The notes below the pieces were generated by a model, which was not told where the DNA came from, made no database searches, and was given only the letters and a program-made list of their open reading frames with translations. A stretch of 62,905 nt of DNA, counting the filler. It is 5 parts of 5 records of this genome, joined end to end, with 100 filler letters (N's around TTAATTAATTAA, not from the genome) between each part and the next. Parts side by side here need not be neighbours in the genome. Positions count along the whole stretch, not along the records: positions 6,448 to 29,452 come from DRR723986_2297; positions 29,553 to 42,275 come from DRR723986_2298; 3 more parts are not named here. The stretch is one strand, 5' to 3'. This document shows positions 19,216-29,582 of the stretch, in pieces. A program made the position numbers and the translations under genes. The number at the start of each line of letters is the position of its first letter. The first letter of the stretch is position 1.

Positions 19216-20301
19216 TCAGTGCAGAACGGTGTTGTTCCAATGAGCCATCTTGCGCTTGGCTTCGGCGATCGTCATGCGCTCGAACATGGCCATGGCATCG
19301 CTACGCACATCCGGTGTCAGGCGGTGACGCCAGGGGCCGATGGCCAGCAGGGAACCAACGGTGATGGAGGAGAAGCCGGAAGCCTTGGCAAGGATGACGA
19401 ACGGCTCCGGATCGGGGCGCACCATCCAGTGGCTGACTTCCTCGACACCGCATCTCACCAGCCAGGCAAAGGTGGCAACCGCTTCCGCGAACCGATCTTC
19501 CGAGGCGAACCGGCGCAGGGCCGCCTCATTGACCATCCCGCGTTTGGCCAGCAGCAGTACCCGGCTGCGCGCTGTTTCGAAGTCGTAACGGCCCAGCCAG
19601 TACTGGTTGGACATGCGCTGTGCGGCGATATCGGCCGCTTCCTCTACCCGCTCGGCTTCGTGACCACGGCCGGTTGCATGCAGCTTCCGCCGGACTTCCT
19701 CGCTGGCAACCGAGATCAGGCTGGCGATATGCGCTTCGGCAAGATCCGCACGCTCGCTCAAGGAAAGCTGCAGCGTCGCATCGGAGGCAGCATCGCTGAT
19801 CAGGGCCATGATCGATGCATCCGACAGGCAGGCGCCATCGTTGCTGGCCACCTTGCGCTTGACCTTCAGATCACCGCGACGCACCAGCACATCGGTCAGC
19901 TCTTCAGACAGAACTTCACGCTGTGCGATGGCGAACCGGTGCGCATTGCCGCGTTTTTCGGCGATCTTGATCAGATCGGCCTCCCGCAGCACGGTGGAGC
20001 GCAGCAGGATCGGCTCAGCCACCTCGATTTCGTCATCGGCCAGACGGCGGATGGTTTCTTCCGGACCGCGTCTCAGGCTGGACATCTGGTCAGCGACATA
20101 ACGGCGAACTTCGTCTTCCACCATGTCGACAAGCCGCAAGAGAACGGAGTCATAAATATCGACCTGCTCGTCGGAGCACCGATCGGAGGTCAGGGCAAAC
20201 AGGGTTGCGACATGCCGGGCCAGTTCGGCCCTCCGGGCGCTGCCAGCTTCACCGGTCAGCTCCGAGAAGTTCACCAGTTCTGTTTTCAACGCTTCAGTCA
20301 T
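19216..20301 (-). CDS. DUF2336 family protein
   Basis: YDSVLLRL, IRRLADDEIEVAEPILLRS.VL...DLI, H..AIAQR..LSE..TDVLV.RGD..V...VA.N.GA.LS. Confidence 0.88.
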   Translation of the reverse strand: MTEALKTELVNFSELTGEAGSARRAELARHVATLFALTSDRCSDEQVDIYDSVLLRLVDMVEDEVRRYVADQMSSLRRGPEETIRRLADDEIEVAEPILLRSTVLREADLIKIAEKRGNAHRFAIAQREVLSEELTDVLVRRGDLKVKRKVASNDGACLSDASIMALISDAASDATLQLSLSERADLAEAHIASLISVASEEVRRKLHATGRGHEAERVEEAADIAAQRMSNQYWLGRYDFETARSRVLLLAKRGMVNEAALRRFASEDRFAEAVATFAWLVRCGVEEVSHWMVRPDPEPFVILAKASGFSSITVGSLLAIGPWRHRLTPDVRSDAMAMFERMTIAEAKRKMAHWNNTVLH

Positions 20302-20662
20302 GTTCCATTACCAATTTTCACAAGTGTGCCGGTTTGGCGTTGGTACAGAAAATGACGATGAGTTTTAAAGAAGGTCGAAACGCGCTTTTCCAGAATGTAA
20401 TTGTCTTTTTTTAAAACTTGAGAACAATTCTAACTATATCGCATGTATTCATTACATGTCATTGAAATGTAACAATTTTGACCGCTTCGCTCCCCGCTCG
20501 AAGTCACTTTTTTATCCCGTTGAAATCCGAATATTTTTTCCGAAAAAAGATTTTCAGGAGCCGTTTCAATAGCCTCCGAAGGTCAGAAATTGCGACTGGT
20601 TTAAATACATTCGCTGCGCCGCAAGGTCCCTGGACAGAGGCGTGCCCGTCAGCAGCGCACGA

Positions 20663-20741
20663 GATAAAGAAATATTTCCCTTTTCTTATTGACCCTTCAC
20701 CAGGCACAATCTAAATAAAGAAAGCAATATATTTCTTTATT
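20663..20741 (+). promoter_or_regulatory. Sigma70-like promoter bracketed by two inverted-repeat operator-like sites
   Basis: TTGACC(20689)-N17-TAAATA. Perfect AATAAAGAAA-N8-TTTCTTTATT at 20714-20741 and an imperfect ATAAAGAAA-N8-TTTTCTTAT at 20663-20689. Confidence 0.6.
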
Positions 20742-20751
20742 GGAGCCAGCC

Positions 20752-20982
20752 ATGTCCTCCGTGGTCCGTTTTCCCCGCGTCGCCGCCATACCGCCCTCTC
20801 GCACCCGCGGTCTCTATCAACTGGCGGCCCTCCTGCGACGGAAACTCGGCAAGGCCCTTTCCCGCCGATCCAGCCATCAATCCATTCCGGACGATCTTCT
20901 TTTCGATGTCCTCAGCGACAACGATTTGAGAGCCCGCGAAGAAAACCGGCGGCGGCCGATCATTAGCGGCCCCTGGCGCTAG
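20752..20982 (+). CDS. Small basic protein (76 aa), DUF1127/YjiS-like
   Basis: RBS GGAG before the ATG. Arg-rich helix followed by IPDDLLFDV, reminiscent of the L.D..L.DIG motif, and a PWR end. Confidence 0.6.
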   Translation: MSSVVRFPRVAAIPPSRTRGLYQLAALLRRKLGKALSRRSSHQSIPDDLLFDVLSDNDLRAREENRRRPIISGPWR

Positions 20983-21044
20983 CTCGTCCATGGACTTGCC
21001 TACTGTTTCAGGATTGCAGCGCCTTCACCCGGAGCAAAAGACAT

Positions 21045-21078
21045 AAAAAAACCGGCACCCTGCGGCGCCGGTTTTTTT
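21045..21078. terminator. Bidirectional intrinsic terminator
   Basis: A7-CCGGCACC-CTGC-GGCGCCGG-T7 between convergent genes. Confidence 0.85.
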
Positions 21079-21096
21079 GCTGCTCCTGCTCAGCCT

Positions 21097-24000
21097 TTAT
21101 TCGGCAGCAGCCAGAAACTCCTTGGTACCGGTCTTGTTGTCCGAACCGCCGTCGTTGCTTCTGTCGAGCTGCTCCAGAAGCACACGGCGCTTTTCAGTCG
21201 CCTTTTCGATGTTGCCATCCTTGATCGGACCAAACCCGCGGATAAGATCCGGAACACGGGCGAGCTCGACCAACAGGCCGTAGTGTCCTTCCGGCAGCCG
21301 TTTCAGGATCTCGGCAATATCGCCCTCATACTGGCTGATGAGCGCGCGCTCTGTCTTGCGTTCCGCCGTACGGCCGAACGGGTCGTACCATTTGCCGCGC
21401 ATGCCCTTGAACTTCGCCAGGAAGCTGAACGCGGAGAAGATCCAGGGTCCGAAGGCAATCTTCTGCGGACGGCCGGTCTTCGGATCCTTGCGATGCGCGA
21501 GGAATGGCGGTGCCAGATGAACCTTCAGCTTCTTCGGGTCTTCAAAGCGCTGCGCGATCTTCTCCTTGAAGGCAAGATCGCTATAAAGCCGCGCGACTTC
21601 ATATTCGTCCTTGTAGGCCATCAACTTGAAGAGCATGTCGGACACAGTCTGCGTCAGGCGGAACGTGCCCGGACCATGCGCTTCGTCAGCCTCTTTGACC
21701 TTGCCGACCAGATCCAGATAACGCTGTGCGTAGGCCGCATCCTGATAGGCAGTCAGCTCCTGGGCGTTGAAGGCAATCTTCTCATCGACGGTAAAGACAC
21801 GCTGTTTTGCTTCCGACGGCAGGGCCTTGAGCAGTTTTTCCGGATCTGCAGCCAGCACGCGGCCTGCACGGAACGCCTTGATGTTGTTCTTCACCGACGC
21901 GCCGTTGAGCTCCAGCGCGGTTTCGATGGCATAGTCCGAGACCGGCAATGCGCCACTCTGGAAAGCCATGCCGACCAGCAGCATGTTGGCATAGATGGCG
22001 TCGCCCAGAAGCTTCTCGGCAATGTCTGCAGCATTGACAGGCAGATATGTGCCGGAGGCTTTGCGCAGGGCGCTGTCCATCTGCTTTTCATCGAAGGAAA
22101 GCGTCTGCTTCAGCACGAATTCCGCAGTTGGGGCCACCTTGGTGTTGGCAACGGTCATCGTGTGACCACGATGGGCGAGCGCGAGCTGATCCGCGTTCGC
22201 GGCCACCACCATGTCACTCGCGATCAGAAGGTCGAGGCTGGCTGCCGGAACCCGCGGACCTTCAATCGACCTGTTGCCCGCCGCAAAACGCACGTGAGAC
22301 GTCACCGGGCCACCCTTCTGGGCAAGGCCGGTCATGTCCAGCGTGGAAGCCTGCTTGCCGTCCACATGGGCCGCCATAGCCAGGATCGCGCTGATCGTGG
22401 TCACGCCCATGCCGCCGATACCGGCCACCAGCGTGTTCCAGGTGCGGTCAAGCGAGGCAAGCGTCGGCAGCGGCAGGGTTTCCACCAGGGTGTCGATATC
22501 GACATCCGCCTTCTTCGGCTTCTTCAGTGCAGCACCGTTGATCTCGACAAAGGACGGGCAGAACCCCTTGATACAGGAGAAGTCCTTGTTGCAGCTCGAC
22601 TGGTTGATGACGCGCTTTTCACCGAATGGCGTTGCCAGTGGCTCCACCGACAGGCAGTTGGACTGCACGGAACAGTCTCCGCAGCCTTCACACACCCGGT
22701 CATTGATAAAGAGGCGCATGTCCGGATCGGGAAACTGCCCGCGCTTGCGCCGGCGGCGCTTTTCCGCGGCGCAGGTCTGGTCGTAAACGATCACCGACAC
22801 GCCCTTGAAGGTCTGGAACTCTTCCTGAACGTCCATCAGTTCGTCGCGGTGGTGAATCTTGGTTCCCGGGGCAAGCGGTGTCCAGGAGCCGTAGCTGTCC
22901 GGGTTCTCCGAAACCACCGCGATCCGCTCGACGCCTTCGGCTTCCAGCTGACGGGTGATCTGCGGAACGGTCAGCTGGCCGTCCACCTTCTGGCCACCGG
23001 TCATGGCAACCGCGTCGTTGTAGAGGATCTTGTAGGTGATCGGCACGTTGGAGGCGAGCGCCTGCCGGATCGCCAGGATGCCGGAATGGAAGTAGGTGCC
23101 GTCGCCGACGTTGGCAAAAACGTGGCTGTCGCCGGAGAAGGGCTGCTGCCCGACCCACAGGACACCCTCGCCGCCCATCGCAATCTGGCCTTCCGTTGTC
23201 CGGCCGGCCATTTCCGTCATCGCGTGGCAGCCGATGCCCGGCAGCGAACGGGAGCCTTCCGGTGTCTTGGTCGACGTGGAATGCGGGCAGCCTGAGCAGA
23301 AGTAGGGAATACGGGCAGCGCGTTCCGCATGGCCCTGGGCCCACATGGCCTGTTTGGTCATCCGGTTGGCAACCGCGCGCATTTCTTCCGAAACCACATC
23401 GCCCGGCAGCCAGGTCATGAGACCTTCGATCAGCTCGGCAACGGACAGTTCCAGAACGTCGGACAGGAACGGTGTCCCGTCCGGACGGCGTTTGCCCCAG
23501 ATTTCCGGCCGGCTCATTTCCGGCCAGTGATAGGAGATGTCCTTGATCTGGGATTCCATGAACGCACGCTTGTGCTCCACCACCAGCAAACGTTCTGTGC
23601 CACGGGCGAAATCACGCAGGCCGAGCGGCTCCAGAGGCCAGCTCATTGCCACCTTGTAAACCCCAAGGCCCAGCGCCTTGGCAAAGTCCTCTGTAATGCC
23701 CATCAGGTCGAGCGCCTGCAGCAGATCCCGGTAGGCCTTGCCGGAAGCAACGATGCCGTATTTGGGATTGGTCCTCGTTCCGAAGGTGACCCGGTCCAGA
23801 CCGTTTGTCCGCACATAGGCCTGAGCCGCAGGAATACGAAGATCGCGCACCAGACGCTCTGTCTCCAGACGGTTGCCCAGAAGAAGATCTCGGTTCTGGT
23901 GATAGTCCTTGCGCGGATCGCCTTCCAGCGGACGCACCATGCGCAGCCTGTTCGGAGAAATATTGATCGTTGCCGATGCATCCATCGTGTCGGCAACGCA

Positions 24001-24618
24001 GATCAGGGCCGTCCAGAGGCTGGTGAAGCGGGACATTTCCAGGCCGTGCAGGCCGTAGTCGAGAACATCCTGGATATCGGCCGGGTTCAGGACCGGAATT
24101 TCCGCATGCTCGAAATAGAACTCGCTCTGCGCCGGCAGGATGGAGGATTTAGCAAGGTGGTCATCACCGGCCAAGGCAAGTACCCCGCCGTTGCGGTCGG
24201 TGCCCGAAGCGTTGGCCTGACGCAGCACATCGCCGGCACGGTCGACGCCCGGCGCCTTGCCGTACCAGATGCCGAAGACGCCGTCGTAAGAGGTCGCCCG
24301 TCCAACACCGCCCTCGCCGCGCAGCTTCTGGCTGCCCCACACTGCGGTTGCGCCCAGCTCTTCGTTGACGCCTGGCTTGAAGACGACGTCGTACCCCTTG
24401 AGGTGGCGATGAGCCCGCATCAGCTCTGTGTCGTAACCGGCAAGCGGCGATCCCCGGTAGCCGGAAATGAAGCCGCCCGTTTTCAGGCCGGCCAACTGGT
24501 CCATGCGCGCCCGATCGAGCGCCAGCCGGACAAGCGCCTGTATGCCTGTCAGATAGACCCGTCCTTCCGTGGCGACGTATTTGTCCTCCAGGGTAACGGT
24601 TGGCATGTGCACGTTCAT
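21097..24618 (-). CDS. Indolepyruvate:ferredoxin oxidoreductase family protein, fused alpha/beta
   Basis: GFISGYRGSPL, VNEELGATAVWGSQ, FCSGCPH, GIGCH, GDGTYFHSG (ThDP), CEGCGDC..SNC, GLAQKGG, KLMAYKDEYEVARL. Confidence 0.95.
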   Translation of the reverse strand: MNVHMPTVTLEDKYVATEGRVYLTGIQALVRLALDRARMDQLAGLKTGGFISGYRGSPLAGYDTELMRAHRHLKGYDVVFKPGVNEELGATAVWGSQKLRGEGGVGRATSYDGVFGIWYGKAPGVDRAGDVLRQANASGTDRNGGVLALAGDDHLAKSSILPAQSEFYFEHAEIPVLNPADIQDVLDYGLHGLEMSRFTSLWTALICVADTMDASATINISPNRLRMVRPLEGDPRKDYHQNRDLLLGNRLETERLVRDLRIPAAQAYVRTNGLDRVTFGTRTNPKYGIVASGKAYRDLLQALDLMGITEDFAKALGLGVYKVAMSWPLEPLGLRDFARGTERLLVVEHKRAFMESQIKDISYHWPEMSRPEIWGKRRPDGTPFLSDVLELSVAELIEGLMTWLPGDVVSEEMRAVANRMTKQAMWAQGHAERAARIPYFCSGCPHSTSTKTPEGSRSLPGIGCHAMTEMAGRTTEGQIAMGGEGVLWVGQQPFSGDSHVFANVGDGTYFHSGILAIRQALASNVPITYKILYNDAVAMTGGQKVDGQLTVPQITRQLEAEGVERIAVVSENPDSYGSWTPLAPGTKIHHRDELMDVQEEFQTFKGVSVIVYDQTCAAEKRRRRKRGQFPDPDMRLFINDRVCEGCGDCSVQSNCLSVEPLATPFGEKRVINQSSCNKDFSCIKGFCPSFVEINGAALKKPKKADVDIDTLVETLPLPTLASLDRTWNTLVAGIGGMGVTTISAILAMAAHVDGKQASTLDMTGLAQKGGPVTSHVRFAAGNRSIEGPRVPAASLDLLIASDMVVAANADQLALAHRGHTMTVANTKVAPTAEFVLKQTLSFDEKQMDSALRKASGTYLPVNAADIAEKLLGDAIYANMLLVGMAFQSGALPVSDYAIETALELNGASVKNNIKAFRAGRVLAADPEKLLKALPSEAKQRVFTVDEKIAFNAQELTAYQDAAYAQRYLDLVGKVKEADEAHGPGTFRLTQTVSDMLFKLMAYKDEYEVARLYSDLAFKEKIAQRFEDPKKLKVHLAPPFLAHRKDPKTGRPQKIAFGPWIFSAFSFLAKFKGMRGKWYDPFGRTAERKTERALISQYEGDIAEILKRLPEGHYGLLVELARVPDLIRGFGPIKDGNIEKATEKRRVLLEQLDRSNDGGSDNKTGTKEFLAAAE

Positions 24619-24765
24619 CCGAATTCCTCCTCAACCGACATCTGGGGCAATGTCCCCCGGCGGCAACCTCACATAATAGGTAATATCATCCTTTTCTCAG
24701 GCAATTTCTGTGCTATCGTCACGGCCAATCACCCAGAGGCAGAATAAAAATTCCTAAAATATCCA

Positions 24766-25245
24766 ATGACAGATAAATATCTTCTCGACCCGTCGGACAT
24801 ACGTGTTCTGCGTGTACTGCAACGGGATGCGTCGCTCTCCATTGCCGAAGTGGCAAAGGAAGCGGGCATGAGCCAGACGCCTTGCTGGCGCCGGATCAAG
24901 CGCCTCAAGGAACAGGGAATCATCCGCCAGATCACTGCCATCATCGACCGCGAATCCGTGGGTCTTGGCTTCGTGGCCTACTCGTTCGTCAAGCTTGCGG
25001 TTCCCAGCCGCGAGAACATGGAAACCTTCGACAAGCTGGTCCACCATTGGCCCGAGGTCGTGACGTGCGAGCGCATCACCGGTGCCGTCGACTATCTTAT
25101 CAAGGTTGTGACGGATGATATCAAAACCTACGACAATTTTCTGCGTCTGAAGCTGCTGGACAATACGCTCGTGTCCGATGTGCAGTCTCGCATCGTCGTC
25201 AATACGGTGAAGGACACCGTCGCCCTGCCCTTGCGCGAGAGCTGA
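24766..25245 (+). CDS. Lrp/AsnC family regulator divergent from IOR (IorR-like)
   Basis: D..D.R.L..LQ.DA.LS...A...GMS.TPCWRRIKRL...GII, then the RAM domain. Confidence 0.93.
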   Translation: MTDKYLLDPSDIRVLRVLQRDASLSIAEVAKEAGMSQTPCWRRIKRLKEQGIIRQITAIIDRESVGLGFVAYSFVKLAVPSRENMETFDKLVHHWPEVVTCERITGAVDYLIKVVTDDIKTYDNFLRLKLLDNTLVSDVQSRIVVNTVKDTVALPLRES

Positions 25246-25278
25246 CATCCGACCTTGATCGACCACCAGGTTAGACGC

Positions 25279-26547
25279 TCAGGTGGCGAACCGCAACGCA
25301 GACAACCCCGCCGGGTCCAGGAAAGGCTGCTTGCCCGCAATCATGCTGGCCAGCAGCCGTCCCGTCACCGGTCCGAGCGTGAAACCGTCATGGGCATGGC
25401 CGAAGTTGAGCCACAGGCCCGGGATCTTTGCAGACGGACCAACCACGGGCAGCGAATCCGGCAGGCACGGCCTGCTTCCCATCCACGGCTGTTCCTGTAA
25501 CGCCCGTCCAAGCGGAAAAATTTCCTCGGCCCGTCGTTTCGCCAGCTTGACGATCAACGGATTGGGCGGGGCATCGCGCTCGGCCAGTTCGACGCCAGTG
25601 GTCAGGCGAATGCCATTATCAGTTGGTGTCAGGGCGAAGCCGTTTTCGACATCCACAACCGGTCGTGACAGGGACGCCCCGGACAACGGACGATAATGCA
25701 TGTGGTAGCCACGCTTGACCGCAAGCGGATAGATTTCTCCAAGACGTGCCAGCAGATCCGCGGACCAGGCGCCGAGGGCAACCACTGCCTGGCGGGAAAA
25801 CAATGTGCCGCGTTCCCCCTCGATTTGCCAGCCGCCACGCTCCTGCTTCAGCTTCATCGCATCGGCGCGGAAATACCCGCCCCCGTCATGCACGAATCCC
25901 CGCCAGAAAGCATCGACCACGGCACCGGGATTGGACACCGAACAACTTTCCGGCCAATGAACACCCCTCAGCCCCTGCGCCGTCAGGCCAGGCTCCAGAG
26001 TTCCGATCTCGCCAGCCGACATTTCCCGATAGGAAACGCCAAACACCCGCGCGTATTGGCGTTCGGTCTCGCTTGCCTGGAAGGCAGTCTCCGAGCGGTA
26101 AAGATGCAGCCAGCCGCCCTGGCGGTAAAAGCGGTTGGCATTGGTCGCATGCGCCAGGTCCAGATGCTCCTCGACGGCAAAGGCTCTCAACGGAGCAACC
26201 GCCCGCGAATAGGCCTCGACCCCGCGGGCATTGCCTGCTGCGTGGAACTGGCGCAGCCACGGCAACATGCGCAGCACGGTGGCCATATCCAGCGAAACGG
26301 CACTGGAGCGGCCGAAAAGGATCCCCAGAAGCGTGAGCGGATGCGTCGGCACCGCATGCGGCACGAAGCCATTGCGCTGGACAATCCCGGCATTGCCGAA
26401 GGAAGCTTCCTCGCCCGGGTGCTTGCGGTCGATCAGCGCAACAGACAGGCCCAACCGCTGCAGATGCAGTGCCGTCGACACGCCAACGATACCGGCGCCG
26501 AGCACCATCACGTCGAAGGATTGCGTTTGCCTGGTTTTTGCTGTCAT
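25279..26547 (-). CDS. FAD-dependent oxidoreductase, D-amino-acid dehydrogenase (DadA-like)
   Basis: VLGAGIVG, ASFGNAG, KRGYH, WMGSRPCLPDSLPVVG, NFGHAHDG.TLGPVTG. Confidence 0.9.
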   Translation of the reverse strand: MTAKTRQTQSFDVMVLGAGIVGVSTALHLQRLGLSVALIDRKHPGEEASFGNAGIVQRNGFVPHAVPTHPLTLLGILFGRSSAVSLDMATVLRMLPWLRQFHAAGNARGVEAYSRAVAPLRAFAVEEHLDLAHATNANRFYRQGGWLHLYRSETAFQASETERQYARVFGVSYREMSAGEIGTLEPGLTAQGLRGVHWPESCSVSNPGAVVDAFWRGFVHDGGGYFRADAMKLKQERGGWQIEGERGTLFSRQAVVALGAWSADLLARLGEIYPLAVKRGYHMHYRPLSGASLSRPVVDVENGFALTPTDNGIRLTTGVELAERDAPPNPLIVKLAKRRAEEIFPLGRALQEQPWMGSRPCLPDSLPVVGPSAKIPGLWLNFGHAHDGFTLGPVTGRLLASMIAGKQPFLDPAGLSALRFAT

Positions 26548-26648
26548 GCCTGTTCCGGACAGTGCCCTAATACTGGCGTCCGAGGTCCGGATCCTTTAAG
26601 AGGCACGGAAGTGCCTGCCACAACTCGCGGTTCAAAGGACAACTTAAG

Positions 26649-27614
26649 ATGATTCGATGGTGTGGTGCAGGCTTGGCATGGATCGGGCGCAACGGAACGG
26701 CCGCCCTTGCTGTGAGTATCTTCATCGGCATGGCCTTGCCGGCGCTGTCCGCCTATCTGCGGCCCTACCTGACCGTTGCTGTCTTCAGCCTGTTGACCCT
26801 GGCTTTTCTGCGGGTCGACACCTTCGCGATCCGCATGCGCCTGCGTCGCCCCACGCTTCTGATTGCCGCCCTCCTGTGGATGATGCTCGGCGCGCCCCTG
26901 CTGACGTGGCTGCTGATCGACCTCTCCGGCCTGAAGGCTCTTGGCCCCGATGTGATGCTGGCCCTTTTCATCGCAACCGCCGCTCCCCCGGTGATGGCGG
27001 CTCCTGCCTTCATCTATCTGCTCGGCCTTGATGGCACCCTCAGTCTCGCGCTTTCTGTTGCCGCTCTGATCATCACCCCGCTGACGGCCCCCTTCATCGG
27101 CGAGTTGATGCTCGGGCCTGCCCTGCCTCTCAGCGTCGGTGGGCTAGCCATCCAGCTCTCCCTGCTGCTTGCAGGCGCCTTTGCGGTCTCGATCGCCTTT
27201 CGCAAGCTGGCCGGTGAAGAGCGCCTGGCTCGCTCTTCCCACCACATCAGCGGTCTCAATGTGCTGCTGCTGCTGGTCTTTGCCATAGCTGCCATGGACG
27301 GTGTCGCCGCAAGCTTTGCCGCAAAACCACTGTTCACGCTGGGCCTTACCGCCATTACCTTCTGCCTCGCACTAGTACAGATTGCGCTCAGCCTGCTGCT
27401 GTTCTCACCGGCGACCCGAGAAGACGCCTATGCAATCGCCCATACCTGTGGCACCAGAAACATGGGACTGATGGTCGCCGCCTTCGGTGGCACCCTGCCG
27501 GAATTCACCTGGCTCTGGTTCGCTGTCGGCCAGTTTCCGATCTACATCCTGCCCCTGTTCCTGAAACCGTTTGTACGGGTGTTCTGCCGTCTGAACGTGA
27601 AAACTGTGACGTAG
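26649..27614 (+). CDS. BASS/ACR3-like (bile acid:sodium symporter superfamily) membrane transporter
   Basis: About 10 hydrophobic segments, APP...APA, PLTAP and RNMGL motifs. Confidence 0.7.
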   Translation: MIRWCGAGLAWIGRNGTAALAVSIFIGMALPALSAYLRPYLTVAVFSLLTLAFLRVDTFAIRMRLRRPTLLIAALLWMMLGAPLLTWLLIDLSGLKALGPDVMLALFIATAAPPVMAAPAFIYLLGLDGTLSLALSVAALIITPLTAPFIGELMLGPALPLSVGGLAIQLSLLLAGAFAVSIAFRKLAGEERLARSSHHISGLNVLLLLVFAIAAMDGVAASFAAKPLFTLGLTAITFCLALVQIALSLLLFSPATREDAYAIAHTCGTRNMGLMVAAFGGTLPEFTWLWFAVGQFPIYILPLFLKPFVRVFCRLNVKTVT

Positions 27615-27683
27615 CACACCTGACAGGCGAACGTGCTAGGCTTACCACTAGCCAGGTCAAACACTTCGCGTGAGGAAAGTGCC

Positions 27684-28466
27684 GTGTCCGTTCTGCCATC
27701 CACCGTCAAATCCCTGTGCTCATCGGCGGGCCGCAGTCTTCTGTGTGCCGCAACGCTCCTGCTTGCCGGTTCAAGCCTCGCCCCGGCTGCAATGGCTGGA
27801 GACACAGCAGAGCTTCAGCTTCTCGGCTTTTCCAGGAACGGCGATTTCTTCGCCTTTGAGCAGTTCGGCGTCCAGGACGGATCCGGCTTCCCCTATTCTG
27901 AGATCTTCGTTGTCGATGTGATCGGCGATACCTGGGTGCCGCCATCCCCCTTTCGCCTGCGCAAGGATGTCGACCCGGGTCCGGGCGATGCAGCCGACAA
28001 CGCCCTGTCGGAGACCAGGGCGGAGAACCGTCTTGCCGCCCAGCCGCGGCTCCAGGACAAGGCCATTGCCGGTAAAGGCCAGACGGTCGGCTTCAATCCA
28101 CGCACCGAATTGACATCCGATCCCCACAAGATGCTGGTTGCCCCGCGCGTCACCTTCCTGTCCGGTGACGATCCAATCGACCTCACCCTGTCGGAATACC
28201 CCCTGCCGAATGCCCAGTGCCAGAGCTACGGCGCCGAGACCAAGGGCTTCCGCCTGACCATGGTCCACAATGGTGTCACCCGCATCCTCAACGAGGACAA
28301 CACCGTGCCTGAAAGCCGCCGTTGCCCGCTGGCTTACCGGATCGAGCGCATCGTCACCCATTTCCCCGATGAAGCCCCGCCCGTCTTTGCCGTGCTGATC
28401 CAGATGGACAGCCTCGGCTTCGAAGGACCGGACCGCAGATATCTGGCGATAACGGGACGTCTTTGA
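27684..28466 (+). CDS. DUF2259 family secreted protein
   Basis: AGD.A....LGFS..G..FAFEQFGVQDGSGFPYS, P.SR.CP..Y.I, GFEGPDRR.LA. Confidence 0.85.
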   Translation: MSVLPSTVKSLCSSAGRSLLCAATLLLAGSSLAPAAMAGDTAELQLLGFSRNGDFFAFEQFGVQDGSGFPYSEIFVVDVIGDTWVPPSPFRLRKDVDPGPGDAADNALSETRAENRLAAQPRLQDKAIAGKGQTVGFNPRTELTSDPHKMLVAPRVTFLSGDDPIDLTLSEYPLPNAQCQSYGAETKGFRLTMVHNGVTRILNEDNTVPESRRCPLAYRIERIVTHFPDEAPPVFAVLIQMDSLGFEGPDRRYLAITGRL

Positions 28467-28587
28467 GCTTCTAAACCGATTGAGGCCGGCTCGGGTATCT
28501 TGCCCAGTCGCATCAGAAGTGCTAGCGCGGCGGCAACATCAGAAAACGGGACGATAACGGCCCGTCTGGCCTGTCCGGGAGTTTGCC

Positions 28588-29259
28588 ATGCCGCGCGACG
28601 TCAAGATTGCCCCCTCCATCCTCGCCTCCGATTTTTCCAAACTCGGCCAGGAAGTCCGCGACGTGGTGGAAGCGGGAGCCGACTGGATCCATCTCGACGT
28701 CATGGACGGCCACTTCGTGCCGAACATTACCTTCGGCCCGGATGTCATCGCCAAGCTGCGCCCACACACGGACAAGATCTTCGACACCCACCTGATGATC
28801 GCTCCCTGCGATCCCTACCTGGAAGCCTTTGCAAAGGCAGGTTCCGACATCATCACGGTTCATGCCGAGGCCGGCCCGCATCTCGACCGGTCTCTGCAGG
28901 CAATCCGCAATCTGGGCAAGAAGGCCGGTGTCTCGCTGAACCCCTCGACCCCGGAAAGCGTCATTGAATATGTTCTCGACCGGCTGGACCTCATTCTGGT
29001 GATGACGGTCAACCCGGGTTTCGGCGGTCAGAAATTCATCCAGTCGCAGGTCGAAAAGACCCGCCGCATCCGCCAGATGATCGGTGACCGTCCGATCGAC
29101 CTCCAAATCGACGGTGGCGTCACCCCCGAAACCGCCCCCCTCGTTGCAGCGGCTGGTGCCAATGTGCTGGTGGCAGGGTCCGCAGTCTTCAAGGGCGGCA
29201 CGGTGGAAAGCTATGCCGGCAATATCTCCGCGATCCGCAAGGCCGCGGAAGAGGCTTGA
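28588..29259 (+). CDS. rpe: Ribulose-phosphate 3-epimerase
   Basis: [49 protein letters not shown]. Confidence 0.97.
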   Translation: MPRDVKIAPSILASDFSKLGQEVRDVVEAGADWIHLDVMDGHFVPNITFGPDVIAKLRPHTDKIFDTHLMIAPCDPYLEAFAKAGSDIITVHAEAGPHLDRSLQAIRNLGKKAGVSLNPSTPESVIEYVLDRLDLILVMTVNPGFGGQKFIQSQVEKTRRIRQMIGDRPIDLQIDGGVTPETAPLVAAAGANVLVAGSAVFKGGTVESYAGNISAIRKAAEEA

Positions 29260-29365
29260 AGGCGGCGCTAGCTCTTATCGAGTGCCCGGGCCATACGTCG
29301 TGGACTAGGCACCCATAAGGCGACCACTTTTTTAGAGGAAACGCTGTGCCAGGCTGAGCAAACGG

Positions 29366-29407
29366 CCCATCCTTCGAGACAGGCCTTTGGCCTTGCTCAG
29401 GATGAGG
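29366..29407. repeat. Rhizobiales-type intergenic palindromic (REP/RIME-like) element
   Basis: CATCCTTCGAGACAGGCCTTTGGCCTTGCTCAGGATGAGG forms a CATCCT...AGGATG outer stem with an inner AGGCC/GGCCT stem. Confidence 0.7.
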
Positions 29408-29422
29408 TGGAGGGAGGCATCA

Positions 29423-29452
29423 AGGCTGGGAGGCTGGGAGGCTGGGAGGCTG
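29423..29452. repeat. Tandem 8-mer (AGGCTGGG) x3.75 at the contig end
   Basis: Read directly; it runs into the gap. Confidence 0.85.
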
Positions 29453-29552
29453 NNNNNNNNNNNNNNNNNNNNNNNNNNNNNNNNNNNNNNNNNNNNTTAA
29501 TTAATTAANNNNNNNNNNNNNNNNNNNNNNNNNNNNNNNNNNNNNNNNNNNN
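29453..29552. other. Artificial contig-joining spacer
   Basis: N-run with TTAATTAATTAA; GC content and gene types change abruptly across it. Confidence 0.98.
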
Positions 29553-29582
29553 CAAATGTAATGGCGCAGCTCAAAGCGCTCA
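29553..29582. repeat. Dispersed hairpin repeat, copy A (truncated by contig start)
   Basis: CAAATGTAATGGCGCAGCTCAAAGCGCTCA, 29/30 identical to 32220-32249. Confidence 0.9.
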
